NCBI RefSeq assembly: GCF_001194135.2
Contig: NC_068995.1
Location: forward strand, 50,760,860 to 50,824,859
Source of the DNA: Octopus bimaculoides
Lineage: Eukaryota
DNA length: 64,000 nucleotides
Direction of reading: 5' to 3'
Of this stretch, positions 40,201 to 54,180 are shown in pieces; the first letter of the stretch is position 1, and every line of letters begins with the position of its first letter. A program made the position numbers and the translations under genes. A model generated the notes under the pieces. It was not told the DNA's origin and did not search any database. It saw nothing but the letters and a program-made list of their open reading frames with translations.

Positions 40201-42054
40201 TACATGGTTACTTGATCTAAAGAAATAGCAGCCATAGCGCCCTTAAATCACTCGTTACTGTCTTAATTTAGTCCTGGATATACAATATCTGTTAAAAAGA
40301 ACAAAAATGAGGTACAGAAAATCTATCTGATACAAGCACTAATTTTGGCAAACTTTAGTAAAACAATATCTGAGACATGGCTACAATTTTATCAGCTGAC
40401 AACTTCAATAATCTGAGATTGAATATATCTGTGGTAGCTAGAGCCAACCACTTCTAATACATCCCAGAGTATCCATACTCTCTCCTGCATCAAACTAATT
40501 AACTTTGCTCACATGAACAAACAAGAGAGTCACAGTGGTTTGATTGCTTGCCAGAAATAGCAGTCAAATATCCTTAAAAATCAAATTATAATGTGTTAAA
40601 TGAAAAAAGGACTTTCACCATCGGCCTGTTCAATCAGGGTTGATCTGGAGTTGAGCAACATGGCATTACATGACACAAGAGGGAGGAGTGATTGCATATA
40701 ACACTAGCAATAAACTGATATCAGCCGACCTCTGTAAAGGGGCCTCTACATGTAATTATTCCTAACATAGAAACAAGGCCACAATCTTACGTGCTATAAA
40801 GGCAGAAGTAAATCTGTCTTCAACTCAGTCATACACTTGTCTTTTGCTTATTTTTCATGTGTTTTACTACATAAAGGTCACCAACTGCCTACCCTGAGTA
40901 ATTACTGATGGCACATGCCTGATTATATACATAAACAGAGGAATGGCTGTGTGGTTAAGAAGCTCGGGTTAAGAATCCTCATATATATATATATATGAGT
41001 ATGTGTTTGTGTCTCCTTGTCTTGATGTTGCACAAGTTGTAAATGGTTATCACCGTCATTGATTTCCAATATTTTGTGTAAACATGTATGGCCATGGAGA
41101 AATATTACCTTCGAAACAGGTGAGAGTTGGCAACAGGAAGGGCATCTGGCCATAGAAAATTTGCCTCAATAAAACTGTCTGACCCATGCAAGCATGGAAG
41201 AGTGGACATTAAATCAATGACGATGATTATATGTAAATGAAAAATACCATTTAATATACACAACTTACGAAAGAGCTACTAAAAGTTTCATGCTGTAGAT
41301 AGGCTATAAATTAGAAGATTTATGTAACATGCCATGAATCACCAAGCAATTTTTCAGGCTTAGTGCATATTGTTAGATGCATTTAAAAACCAAGATGCAG
41401 GTCTATGAGAAAACCTGAAGAAAAAAAGAGAACAGAAGCAAAATGCAAAGAAGGATGATGTGAAAAATGGAACAAGGAACAAAAATAATGTAAGGAAACC
41501 AAGATCGAATCACACAGATGTCTTTGCTTGTTTGTGTGATGTTATTTTTCTAACGTGTTTAATTGTGTTCCATATCTATCATGCAGACTAATGCCACCAC
41601 TTTAATTATCCTAAAGTAATGGTGACTACCAAGTTCTTTGCAGTATTATGCCCCTGATTAGACAACCAGTATGCATTATATACACATGCCTGAATACCTC
41701 CTCCCTCTATCTTACTTTATATATATATGTGTGTGTGTGTATGTTTATCTACATGTATATACACACACACACACATGAATGGGCCATATTATGTGTATTA
41801 TCTGTACAAGTGCATATGAGTTACAAGAGTGTATTCCTTTCTGTGTGTTTACATTAAATTACCAAGCTAATTAGCAGATATTGTGAAGACCCCACTCTGC
41901 CACCAATGTTTTGTCATCCTTATAGTAGTAGGACTTATTCACATTATCTGAAGTGGGTCACTCACTACATTCACACCAAAGACTGTAATTCAAAAGACAA
42001 AAGCCATCCACCTGACAAAGCAAGTCATCAATCACACCAGCACCTTCCTTCTCT

Positions 42055-42420
42055 CACTTCTTCATCATCATCATTTAATGTCCGCTTTCCATGCTGGCAT
42101 GGGTTGGACGGCTTGACTGAAAACTGGTAGGCCAGATNNNNNNNNNNNNNNNNNNNNNNNNNNNNNNNNNNNNNNNNNNNNGTGCACCAGGTTCCTATCT
42201 GATTTGGCAAGGTCTCTACGGCTGAATGCCCTTCCTAATGCCAACCACTCCGAGAATGTAATGGGTGTTTTTTACATGCCACCGGCACAGGTCCCATTGA
42301 TCTGACACCGGCATCGGTCATGACTACGGTCTCACTTGGCTTGACAGGTCTACACAAGCACAGTATATATCACCAAAGGTCTTGATCACCTGTCACTGCC
42401 TCCATGAGGCCCAACGCTTC
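42055..42420 (-). mobile_element. long family 4 element spanning an N gap
   Basis: (CAT)n tail, gcccttcctaatgccaaccactccgag, and an extension shared with 26790-27000. Confidence 0.75.
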
Positions 42421-44483
42421 TTATGACTATTAAAACCTCTGCTTCTCTGAGTTTTGTTGAATGCATTGCAAAGCTCACAACCAAACTTACACAGTATATG
42501 AGAACCATTGAGTGAGTCTCAATGCACTGGCTGAAATTGCTGAAGATAGCAACTAGATATCCCTCAAATCACAAATACTACTACCTTACTAGAAAAGCTA
42601 AAACATATATTTCCTAAATAGTCTGTAGTTGAAAAGAAAAAGGAACTACTTTAGCATGCAGACTCTCACAGTATTGTGTCTGTAGCTTATGCTGTGAAAT
42701 TACCTGATTTTGGTTAGGGTTTAGGGTTAGATTGCAAGGTAAATGTAAATGGACAGGTAGCATACATACTGAAGTGGCACCGAGACAACGTTGATATAGA
42801 TGGAACACTTGTGATTATAGGTCTGCTGGATTAGGGTTGACCCTGGGCTAAAACAGCAACAGACACCTGCACAATGCAATCTTTCTTCTTCTTCATCTCA
42901 CCTTTTGATGTATCACTCAAACATTTCTCCTTTTCTTATTCTAACCCTACTCCCCCACCCACCACCCAAAAACCTGCCAGAACAATTGCTTGCTAACACA
43001 CCAGACAGTGTTTAGCCAATAAAAACAGGATTAATTCAGTTTATCACCTCCTCCTATTCTTTTCTTTCTAAACCCTAAGAATAATCTTAGGATAGCGATT
43101 ACACCCACAGCTATATGTATATAATCCGCCCCATTTCCTTTAAGCACTCTAAGACAGACATGTGGCTGTCATACTTCACAGGTTTCCATTGTGACTGAGG
43201 GTAGCTTTCCTATGCCAGTGTGTATGCCAGTGCAACTATTGTGCATTTATGTACGTGTTAAATGGATATGTGAAAGACAACAGGAGAAAGATAGGAATCA
43301 GTTTCGATTTTTTTTCTTCTTTTTTAAATAGATCTGATTGTGCAGACCGATAATCAAAGACATTCCATCCATGATCATCCCATCTTTTCTCATAGAATAG
43401 ACAAAACTTACATCCTTTGTTGTTTTTAAAGTTTTCTTTTTTTTTTGTAGTGGGTATGATGAGGTTTGACTGCTATTTCGAGCCAATCGTGCAACCACTT
43501 AGAGACCCCTTTGATGGCTCTTAAGTAGAGACTAAATTCTTCACATGCTAAGTCTGACACCTGTAAATCATTCAATTAAATTAAACCCGAGAAAGATAAG
43601 GCATGAACCTCACAACAGGTTCATGCATGCCGAGCCACAGACGACAAAAGGCAGAACCTAGCAATACATGAAAATTTCTTAAATAGGTATGAAACCAGAT
43701 GGGGTATGAGGGGTGTTTGTGACTTTCATACCTATGGCTTTTTTTGAGATTTTTTTAATGAAAAACATAGATATATGAATGTCGTAAGCACATGAGATGT
43801 GAAACGGGCATAGCTGGGATTTGAAACCGTATCAGATTCACTGCTGCACCATATGTAGTTGATATCTCATCTCTGATCACACTATCAGCGTTCACGTCGT
43901 GACTATTAGGACAAAGCTTTTGCAAGTTCCAAACTTTCAAAATGTTTTCCTATTACGACAAACAACAACCTGTTTGGATCATTTGGGAAGTAATGGTAGA
44001 CCCGATCAGTTGTCCCTCAATCCCCAACAGCTCCGCCTGTATCCATTACTACAATGCAATGAAAGAAGAAGAGTTTATGCGTGATTTGAACCTAGATCTG
44101 TACGACACCAAGAGTATACCGTTTAAGCTTCCTATCTTATCGTCTTTGTTTTTTTAAGCCAAAACCTCATTAGAATTAGAGAATTTGCAGCTGCTTTAGG
44201 CATATTTTTTAATATGTTTGCCCAAAATGATATGAAAACATTCTCTTATATATACATATAAATATGCTTTGTATTTGAAGTATATAAATTAAATTAATAT
44301 ATTATATTGTTGGCATTTGTAATCATGTTTACAACCTCCTTAAATTGAAAGAGTATTTTAAACTGTCAGAAAAGTGAAACCATACAAACAATTACTTAAT
44401 GCTTTCATTACTGAATATACGCATTTCATAATTTTTTTTAAAGTAACAGAGCTGAGCTATTACATGATATACGTATTCTTTTC

Positions 44484-44542
<59 letters not shown>

Positions 44543-44679
44543 AAACACTGAATTGAGATTTCGTATTTAAAAGTACTTTTTACACTGTTTGACTTTTACT
44601 TTTTTCTTTCTTTTTTGTTACAGATTCTGTATCTCTGATATTTAACATATAAAACCACTTAACAGCATTTCTTTAAAGG

Positions 44680-44724
<45 letters not shown>

Positions 44725-47049
44725 TCATGGATGGGGGTAAAAATCCATGCTGAAACAACAAGCTCTGTGGTTTTCTGTCACATGCTACTTAAAATAAAAA
44801 TGATTTCGTAGATAGGTACAAGGCCAGGAGATGGCACAGAAGAGAGAAAGACAGTCAATCAAATCTATCAACATCACTGCTGATCAAGATTTATAACCGA
44901 GTCACGAACAAGCTTACAAGTTGATCCAGGAAGGATGAAAGGCAAAGTCGAGCCTGGCAAGATTTGAACAGAGATACAACAAAATACAGTTATTTTATTC
45001 TGTCCGATGCTCTTCCAATTTTGACATTTAATATGCAGGGCCCCGTGTAGGAATTTAATCAGATGGGTGCAGAAATTCTTTCGAATCCCTTTTCATGCAG
45101 TGTATGTTAGTTTTCGACATTTGCAAATATTTTCAGAGATTCCTGAAAATTCTTGAGCCTCCAACAACTTCCTTTTTGTAGGCCCCGCTTCCACGACTTG
45201 GTACAAAGTCCCATATATTTAAGGTGTAAGATAAGGGATGTTAATGAGTTTGTCAAGTTATTTTTGTTGTTTAGGCCTCGGTCAATAGACAGACATAATC
45301 AAAAGTGTTTTAGCCGTGACCCCAGCCCATTTCTTAGGCGGTATTCCAAAGACTATTTTTCCTTTATTTAAAATGGCAGGGGATTATTTTAAAGACATTT
45401 AGCTACTCCTTTCTACCTGGTTGAAAATACTGCATAGCGGTTCACAAATCGGCTTGAGTTTTCAATAGCATTAACAGCCAACAGAATTGACGAATGACAG
45501 TTTGAAGCAGAATTTGAGACCACATTGCGGTCATGGTTTGGCGAGAGTACAAAACAACGACTGGGATGGGTACGATAGAATATATGAAAGTCGAAAAAAG
45601 CAAAATAAGGTTATAAGTTAGATACGATGACATATCTCGTACACTAGGCTTGATATACCAAAGTTATTTGAATAAGAAAAAAATAAGGAAAAACAACAGA
45701 GTCTTGGTAGCTGTCGCAGATATCATAAGGACGCAAACTTTAAAGCTCAGTGCCCTTTTCTTTTCTGTTTTGTAGTTTTATTAGTCCACTCGGCAGAATA
45801 TAGTTTATTGGTTGTCTCGCCGACATTTTGAACTGATAAGGCACAGAGCCAGAATAAAATACTACATGACATCCAGTCCGACGCTCTATTTCCGCCAATC
45901 CACCACCTAAGAATGGTATTTTAATTTATCGATCCCGAAAGGATAAAAGGCAAAACTGACTTCAGAGGAAGATGAAACAAATACCCACAAGACATATTAA
46001 ACTGAAAGCTCTTATTAAAGACTTGCATACCTAAGCAAGTCATAGCGATTCCAGCTGGGAATCAAAACCAATCTGCAGAATTGGTCCAGTGATAAATTAC
46101 TGCTGCATCATATTTCATTGGTAATTAATTATGTCTGATATTCTCAGATAAGTAGGAATTAAAAAGAAAAAGAAAAAAGACGGTGGATTAGCAAAATTGT
46201 TAGAGCGTCGACCAAAATTACCCTGCGGTATTACTCCCGGCTCTTTACATTCTGATTTCAAATCTCGGTATCGATAAAATAAAGTATCAATCATGTAGTG
46301 GGCAGATCTAATCGACTGTCGGCCTGTGCCAAAATACAGTGTATGCGTATGTGTGGCAGAATACTGTACAGAACAAGTCCCCGTCTAAATATGGGGTTCC
46401 GGGAAGTGAAACACCGGTTGGAGTATACTGCCGTTGCATCAACATTATCGATCTGTAACAGTCTATATCATATTGCCAACACTATGCATTCTATATAAAA
46501 AAAACGACCCCATTAAATGATGAAGGGATAAGGCAAATGAAAGAGAGACAAGCTTTAACCTGTATGTGTGTGTATACACATGCAAAAGAGTTTTAATAAT
46601 ACATATGAAAAATATATAATTTCTAGTGTGCGTGTGTATGTATATACACACACACACACAATTTCTGGTATGTGTGTGTGTGTGTGTGTGTGTGTGTACA
46701 CACACACATATATGTACACACTTTTTCAGACTAAATAACCTCACTGTTGATTTAAATATTGTAAATTTAATAGTCAAAGCATTCTTCAGATCTAGATAGG
46801 AGATACAGATTTCCATATCATTACAAACACGTAGCATAATGGAAAATTATGACGGCCCGAGGAAGAGTTACTGCAACCGATGCCGTTTCCAAGAAACTCA
46901 GCCACCACCGTCATGCAACACTGACGGTGTCAAAGATAGGTTTCGACTGAAATTTTCCATAATAGCGATTTCGAGTTGCACCATGCCTGAAATTTATACG
47001 GAAGAAGGAAATGGACGATGAGATATTCGTGCCTTTTTCCTCAGTTCTT

Positions 47050-47230
47050 AATGTGAGACTGCTACATTCGGAAATTGAAACCGAATAGGCGGAGTCGATG
47101 CGCGTAGACGCGAACCACTCTCTTTATTGCACGCGCACTCACTCGCACAATATATAATTATCATCGTTAGTATCATCCATACATAAGAAACCCTAAAAGC
47201 ATAGGCCATAAAATAGGTTTCGATTCCCAC
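47050..47230. promoter_or_regulatory. CpG-rich promoter/enhancer-like patch
   Basis: Unique sequence with clustered CGs (gcggagtcgatgcgcgtagacgcg, gcacgcgcactcactcgc) in an otherwise AT-rich background. Confidence 0.3.
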
Positions 47231-47579
47231 CTGGATTGGAACCACTCCTTGCATAGCTAAATGTATTTATCAAAGATAATGAACATTACAACTTCTCTAG
47301 AAAGAAAAAGAAACGAATAAACGCAATACCTGGCTTCATGGCGAACGAAGCATGAGAGAACAATAACACTACTCTATGTATGTAATCTCGATATGGATTT
47401 AGTAATAATTTTATATACCATAGAAAGGTGAAAATATGTCACGAATGCTAGTTACTCAGCATGTAATAACAAGTATGATGAAAGGATGTCCGTTTGTCAT
47501 CGAATATGTCGAAACAAAACCATGTCAAATATTGTAATATCAGCCACGAGACACACACACACACACACATAAAGCAAAC

Positions 47580-47815
47580 ACACACGAGCGAACGATGACA
47601 AACTGTACACGGTCGCTCGATCTGCTAGAAACAGTAGTTAGATGTTCCTCAAACCACACCCAACCATTAAATAAAAAGTGGAAGACATTGAATGAATGTA
47701 ATCCCGGACGCACTTATATTCGGAAAAAATGATAAAATAATAAATTAAGTTTGTCACGGCTAGACTACTTTTAATCATAAATCTATATTCAGCGTTGACC
47801 TGGAGTTAAAACAAT
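47580..47815 (+). mobile_element. old SINE-like repeat (family 5)
   Basis: ggtcgctcgatctgctagaaa...ctcaaa.cacaccc...gttgacctgg.g.taaa.aa. Homologs at about 3050-3245, 4000-4190, 20570-20762, 39800-40010, 40520-40660, 42510-42860 (+) and 14020-14150, 21960-22080, 32150-32360, 43300-43510, 48980-49170 (-). Confidence 0.65.
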
Positions 47816-48559
47816 ATTCATAGATCCATATTGTCAGATACGGGTGGCTGATATCAAAAATGCATTGCTTATTAGTTTCATTATAACACGGAATTAGACA
47901 TAAATAAAGCTGATGCTAATTTGATGAGAAGAATCGAGGATGGAAAACTAGGTTCTCACTAACCAAGATTCCTTCCCTCACTATTATTACACTAGTATAA
48001 TAAAAAATTGTCCGATTATAAAATATTAAGACAAGCCCATCCAAAGTCCTCTCTTCGCTCGCTCGCTCTCTCATATAAACACATGTGTATGTGAAGCATC
48101 CTCTAAAATACTTTGATATGCGACATGTTTATAACACAAACGTAACTACATATAAATTACATAAATATTGTATAATTCTGTGTGTGCGTGTGTGTATACA
48201 TATAGAGAGAAATACTTCTCATCCCGTATTTTAAGTACTGTACATAATATATATATACATATATACACATACATATATATATACATACACATATATACAC
48301 ACATACATATATATACATAGGCGGAAGTATATATATGTATACACACATATATATATACATATATATTGTATAATGTACAGGCACACACGCACGCGAGTGC
48401 TCGTGTGTGTGTATATATAAATATATATGGTAATAAGTTCAGTTTAATTACATGAGGTGCAGTGTAAAATGGAAAATAAATTTTAAAAGGTGTATATGAA
48501 CTATATGAAAAAGATGGAACGATACGAAAACAAAAGAGAAAGCCAAAGCAAACACTAAC

Positions 48560-48607
48560 CTTATCTTTGGAAAAGAATTGCATGAATCCAATTCTTCCTG
48601 CCGCCAT
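48560..48607 (-). CDS. putative first coding exon of an unidentified gene (MAAGRIGFMQFFSKDK)
   Basis: caaaATGGCG start context, 16 open codons, donor AAG|gttagt (phase 0). Product not recognised. Confidence 0.45.
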
Positions 48608-48700
48608 TTTGAAGTTGCGTCGTGACCTTTGACGCCCGACTTCCTGCCGAAAACACCGGAATGTCGTTGTGATGAGATGCAGTTTTGTGTAAACACAGAA
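48560..48700 (-). promoter_or_regulatory. CpG-rich housekeeping-type promoter / first exon region
   Basis: YY1-type CCGCCATTTT (48601-48610) overlapping an ATG, DR1-like TGACCTTTGACGC (48623-48635), ETS-type ACTTCCTG (48639-48646) and CCGGAA (48656-48661), with dense CpG. Confidence 0.6.
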
Positions 48701-49418
48701 GAAAGGTTGTTGTTGTTTACGTGTTGTAACCACGGCTGATCTTCACTTTACTATTATATTTTTATTTGTTTTTTTTGTTTTGTTTTTTTGCGGCGTTAGT
48801 CATATGGCTATTGAAGAACAAAGCATAAAGAAAATCCGTGATTGTCTCTGTTGACAGGGAGAAAATATACATAAATTTAGAAATATATTTCTTTCGGTGC
48901 CTTGAAGAAAGAAATTACTTTGAATATTTCAGATAGGATAGAAGTTTTCTCAGAAAAATCAAGGTTAATATTATTGATCACTCTTGATCATGATCGAACA
49001 GACCTATTTATGGAAGGTATTCCATCGATGACCATCTCGTCTATCTAATTAACCAATATACTCCCCGCCTTATTAATTTTTTTTTCCGAATAGGATGATT
49101 TGAGGAAGATTATTGGCTGTTATTTCTAGCAAGCCAAGCGGTCGCGTTGAGGATGCCACGCTGGAGGTTGTATTAATGTGTTGTTAGGAGGCGATGTACT
49201 ATTCGTGTTGGCTTTTCTTTACAGTATTTGTTTATCTCTCTCGAAACATTCATTCGTGTGACAGTTTACTCTGCAGTCATACGGTGGCTGATGATATATT
49301 TTTGATAACAAACATACATAAACACGCATTTCGTGAAATTAAAAGTATTTTGTTTCGCTTATTTATACAAGTTTGTTACGTTTGTTTTTCTTTTTCGCAA
49401 GTTAAATTAATCATTAAT

Positions 49419-49452
<34 letters not shown>

Positions 49453-50070
49453 CAGCAACAATGATTTTAACGTTTCTCAGTCAATAAAGTGTTAGCTTAT
49501 GGTCATGAGGAAAGTATACTAAATGAGGATACGTTATTTGTCCCGCATGTGACTTACTGAGTTGTAAAATTTCGATTAAATGAGATTGTCCAACTAATTA
49601 ACAAAGAAAACTCCCTCTACAAACAAGGGAGATAAGTCTAGTAAGATCAGTTGATCGAAATTTTAGAGTAATGCTGGTAATGCAGATTGGATCAGTAAAG
49701 CCAACTTCTAAATCTAATATTTAAAGCCAGCTGGTTGGGGAAATCAAGGAACATGTTCCAGTCTTATAAGGCCACCTCAGCGAAGCATATCTGCTCAATT
49801 GGCAGTAGAGGTAGTAAGAAACTCTAGGGAGTTGTGTATTTGTCCTTCCACCACTTGACACCCGGTGTTAGTTTATTTACGTCCCTATAACTTCGCGGTT
49901 CGACCTAAGGCTGCGATATAATAAGTACCAGGCTTTACCAAAAATATGTACTGGGTCGATTTTTTCGACTATGCGCTTCAAAGAGGTGTCTCAGCATAAC
50001 CGAAGGCAAATGACTGAAACAAAATTTAAAAAATAAGAAATTACATTCGTAAACACACACACACACACAC

Positions 50071-50117
<47 letters not shown>

Positions 50118-52269
50118 GAGATTTTCTTAACGAGTTAGTTTTCTATAATATAACACCATTGTCCTCAATGTTTTAAGGCCCTTGTGCGCCTAATAAAAGA
50201 AATAATTTTTATCGTTAATACCATTATTTTATTTTATTTGCCAACAACTTTCAGTCAAAGACCACATGAAGTGGACTTTTAAATGTAAAACAGCTTCTGA
50301 GTCAGCAAGTGATGGCAGATTTGATGCTTTCTGTTGTTGTTGACATCCCCGTTCTTAATTATTGTTATTGTAGTTACTGATATGAGTCATAGCAAGTGAT
50401 GATGCGGTTCTACATACTATGTTACACTCACATGTGTTTGAAAATAAGAAAACACGAAGGCTTTTGTGGGTGGAGAGTGCCTGACGGAGTGAGTAGTGGG
50501 TGGTTTCGAATCAACGGTAGTTTTACTATTACCGCTGGTGTTGTGGTATATTATTATTACTTTCACATCAGCTCCAGTACTTGACAGGTACTTTATTCTA
50601 CAAGAAGGAAGAAAGTAAAGTTGTACTTTATTTTACTGGAACTTTATTCTGTCTGAGGAAGCAGAACAAGTATACATTAAAACTTATAACGCAAAGAACT
50701 ATCGCATTTTGTTCATCGCTCTACGATTTTTCCAATCGAGTAAACATGATCAGATACTTGGGCCGTGACCATCACTCCCAACAACATTATCCAATGCGTC
50801 TTTTTTTAAGACTATAAAGTGCAGTTTGAGGGAGATCTAGATCATATTTCTAGCGAGTCTAGCTACTATGAAAAAAACTCGCTTTTTTTTATTGTCATCT
50901 CCGTTCTAATTGTTGTAGTTATTCAAATGAGTCATGGTAGTGACTGTTCAATATTGAGAAATACAGGAAAACGAGGGAGTTTATTAGTGAGTGGACAGAA
51001 GTGTAAGTGTTCATATGTGAATGAATAAACACGAGTCTGAAAGAAAAATAAAATATCTAAACATACAGTATACTTATTAAACATTTATCGAAATAAATAA
51101 TTATAAAATACGTTTATAAATAATGATTATCTCCAATTTAGGCAAAAAACTAATAATTTTCAAGTCAGAAGTTAGCCAATATCATCGATCCTCAATACAC
51201 GACTGATATTCTATTTTTATCGATCCCAAAAAGATGAAAGGCAAAGTTTACGTTACTGTGTTTTGAACACGCATTTTTTTTTTTTTTTTTGTGGGTGCTT
51301 TAATGATTTTGCCAATCCAACTCCCACATAATAATTATTATCTTTTTTCTTGCCCAAGAACTACAGAGGGGGTGATGGATATATGTCATCGAGGAGGTTA
51401 GATAGGGCGTCGGATAAAACAGCTTGCGGTATTTTAGTTACGGTCTGGGTTCTTTCTTTCTTTCTTTTACTTTTCTTTTTTCTTTCTCTTTCTTTTTTTT
51501 TTGTTTCTTTTTCCAGTTTCGTACTGCAATCGATTTGATGTTTCTAAGATACAATCTAGATGCGAATAGAATTATAACAGAAGAGTATCTTCATTGAAGA
51601 CCCGCTTTGAGATATAGTAAAAAGCACGTGGCCCATAGTTGATAAATAAATACGGGAGGCAGTATATTATTGATAGCTGCATTGAATGGATCAATTAAAT
51701 GTAGGCTCCCTAGTAAACAGCAATTTCTCACATTGGATTAAGACCGGTGCGCGGAGAGAGTGGGGGTTGTAGCCGATTGGATCTATAGTCGGCGCTTGAT
51801 TAATGCTTAGTTTATCGATCCCTGGCAGATGAAAGGCAAAGTCTTCTTCAGCGGGACTTCCCTTGTTAATTGTTTCTGATTTATTTAGTAATTGATAGTT
51901 TCTGATAAGCTAGTAATATTGGGGGATCAGTATTAGTTGATGCTACCAATGTTTAACTGATACTTCATATTATCGACCAGTGGTTGACAGTGATAGGGTT
52001 TAAACACAAGGCGTAAAGAGTCAGAAGAAATATACCGCTAGGCATTTTACCTAAGTCTCTAACGATTCTGCCAACTCGTCGCTTTTCCCTGGTTAATAAT
52101 GATTGTTTGTAAAAGAGTTTATATTTTTGAGAAAACAGGAACTTTTTGGAAGGGACATGACTTACATTTTCTCCTTTGCTGAGGATCAGTGGTGGATCTT
52201 TCTGAATTTTAGGATCTTTTTGAATTTCTAAAGTTTCCAGATATTTTTTCAATTATTATTATTATTATT

Positions 52270-52814
52270 GAGTGAGAGAGCAGTGCATGCCATCAAAGTG
52301 ACACTGGGGTAAAATATACGAAGCCCATTATACCCATCATGACTACCCATCTGATAAGGGTACACCAGGTACATGCATCACAACCATATGTGCGCGACAT
52401 GGTGATCTCATATCAAGATAAACAGCGCATGACCTCGCAGGTGGGGCCCTGTTAGAATTTTCTTCAGGTCGAGTAGCCCATCCCTCTCAAAAGGTCCCTG
52501 AATAAAGTTTGTTTAAGGATGTTGAGCAAAACTACCATGTTTCCAAAGATGAATTATCCAAACCCCAAAGAATTCCTCTCAACACATGGCTATGATGCTC
52601 CCACACTACTTCTGCTCGTGATCAGAGATGCACATATCGTCAGCCACCAAGGGACATGCTCAACTGGTTAAGGTCAAACAACTGACAAGCAAATCTGTGG
52701 TATTAAGCAGAATATTTGCTGCAGCCCATCTTTTTATACCAAGACAAAACAATGTACATAACACTTCCAATCAATTAAGATCAGAAGCCATGAGAACCAC
52801 TGCCTCAGAAGCCA

Positions 52815-52815
<1 letters not shown>
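52270..52815 (-). mobile_element. well-preserved interspersed repeat with an (AAT)n 3' tail (retroposon-like)
   Basis: About 550 bp higher-GC block bounded by (ATT)n at both ends, with no intact ORF. The family assignment is inference. Confidence 0.45.
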
Positions 52816-52852
<37 letters not shown>

Positions 52853-54019
52853 GTAGTAGTAGTAGTAGTAGTTGTTGTTGTTTTAGGTGGGGAGAGCCTA
52901 TCAGATATTCACGGGTTTCCCCTTGCTCTCCAAGCCCCTGCAGCGATGTACCACCCAAACCGCACCCCAACTTACAAGCCACGCTTTGATCGAATGTTAG
53001 TTTGATCACAGTTGACCCGTGGTTAAACGACAACAATAAAGTACACGACTGACAAGTAAAAATAACATTTGTCTTCGTTTCTTGTCTGCTGTTCGCGAGA
53101 TGTATCGTTTGTTCTTTCCATTTCGATTATGTAACGCATGTAATAGGGGTAGATACATGTAACTACTTATGTAATTGTGAAAGAAAAGTTATTTAGTTAG
53201 TAAAAGATGTTTTTAAGGTCTGTGTTCACAATGATAATGCAAGCCTGACATAAGGTGTCTTCAGCGTATGTGGAAGGCAAATATGAACTGAAATAAAGGG
53301 TGATGTCGTATATTAATAAGTTGATGTTGTGTGATATATAAAATCTCTGAGATACAGAAGAGATGACATAATGTGATTCAGAGACAACGCAAACACACCA
53401 TAGCTTGCTCCGAATCCAAGAAGTGAAAGACAGATGATGCTAATGGGTGGGGAACGTAGCTACGGAGTTTCTTAAGCCAGACACAATGGAAGGCTTTGCT
53501 TTTGTGAAGGGAAAGAAGCAGTTCTCATACAACAGAGTCGGTTACCTTGATACTGCATTTATCTTTCACCTTCACTACCATTCCTTTTTATTTTCCCTCT
53601 TTGTCTTTCGTGAGAGCATGTATTTTCTTTACTTCCCCTCCCCTATCACTCTTTCTATAGTATATATCGCATTATCAACCCTTCTCTCTCTCTTTCTCCC
53701 TTCCTCCTCACTTTCCTCTCTCTGTCTTTGACCGTATGTCTGTCTCTGTCTATCTGTCTCTGTCTCTCTCTATCTATCTATCTATCTACCAAGTTGTCCA
53801 CACACTCCCTTTTTACTCCTACTCTTTTTTTTACTTTTTTTTTTCTTAACCTCTTTTTTTAGGGGTTAGGACGACATATACACACAGACACATGCGACAT
53901 GTAGATATTCAATTATATATATAAACACAAGCTTTTATTTTATGTATGTACGTATGTATGTATGTAAATAAAATAAGCACCGGCAAAAAGGTAAATAAAA
54001 TAAGCACCAGATTTATAGA

Positions 54020-54180
54020 AATAAATCCTGACGTCGATTTCTTCGACAAACCCCCGTCATTACGGTGTCCCAGCACGCCGCAGTCGAGTGAGTGTGCTGT
54101 CAACGTGTAGGTGTGGGAGTGTGCAAGAGCGAGAGCGTGCGTGTGTGCAAGCAAGCGTTTCGAGTTGCCAAATTTAAAGT
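54020..54180 (+). promoter_or_regulatory. CpG-rich promoter-like patch with possible non-coding first exon
   Basis: CRE-like TGACGTCG (54029-54036), dense CpG, consensus donor GA|gtgagt at 54087/54088. Confidence 0.3.

Noticed and set aside
42713-42730. TTAGGG-like run (ttagggtttagggttag) and the degenerate (TTAG)n at 54590-54680
   Set aside because: Too short or degenerate to be interstitial telomeric sequence.
43755-44157. ORFs 43942-44157(+) and 43755-43949(-; ENILKVWNLQK..., in phase with the 48560 donor)
   Set aside because: No recognisable product and only a weak donor (CG|gtttca); cannot be supported without RNA data.
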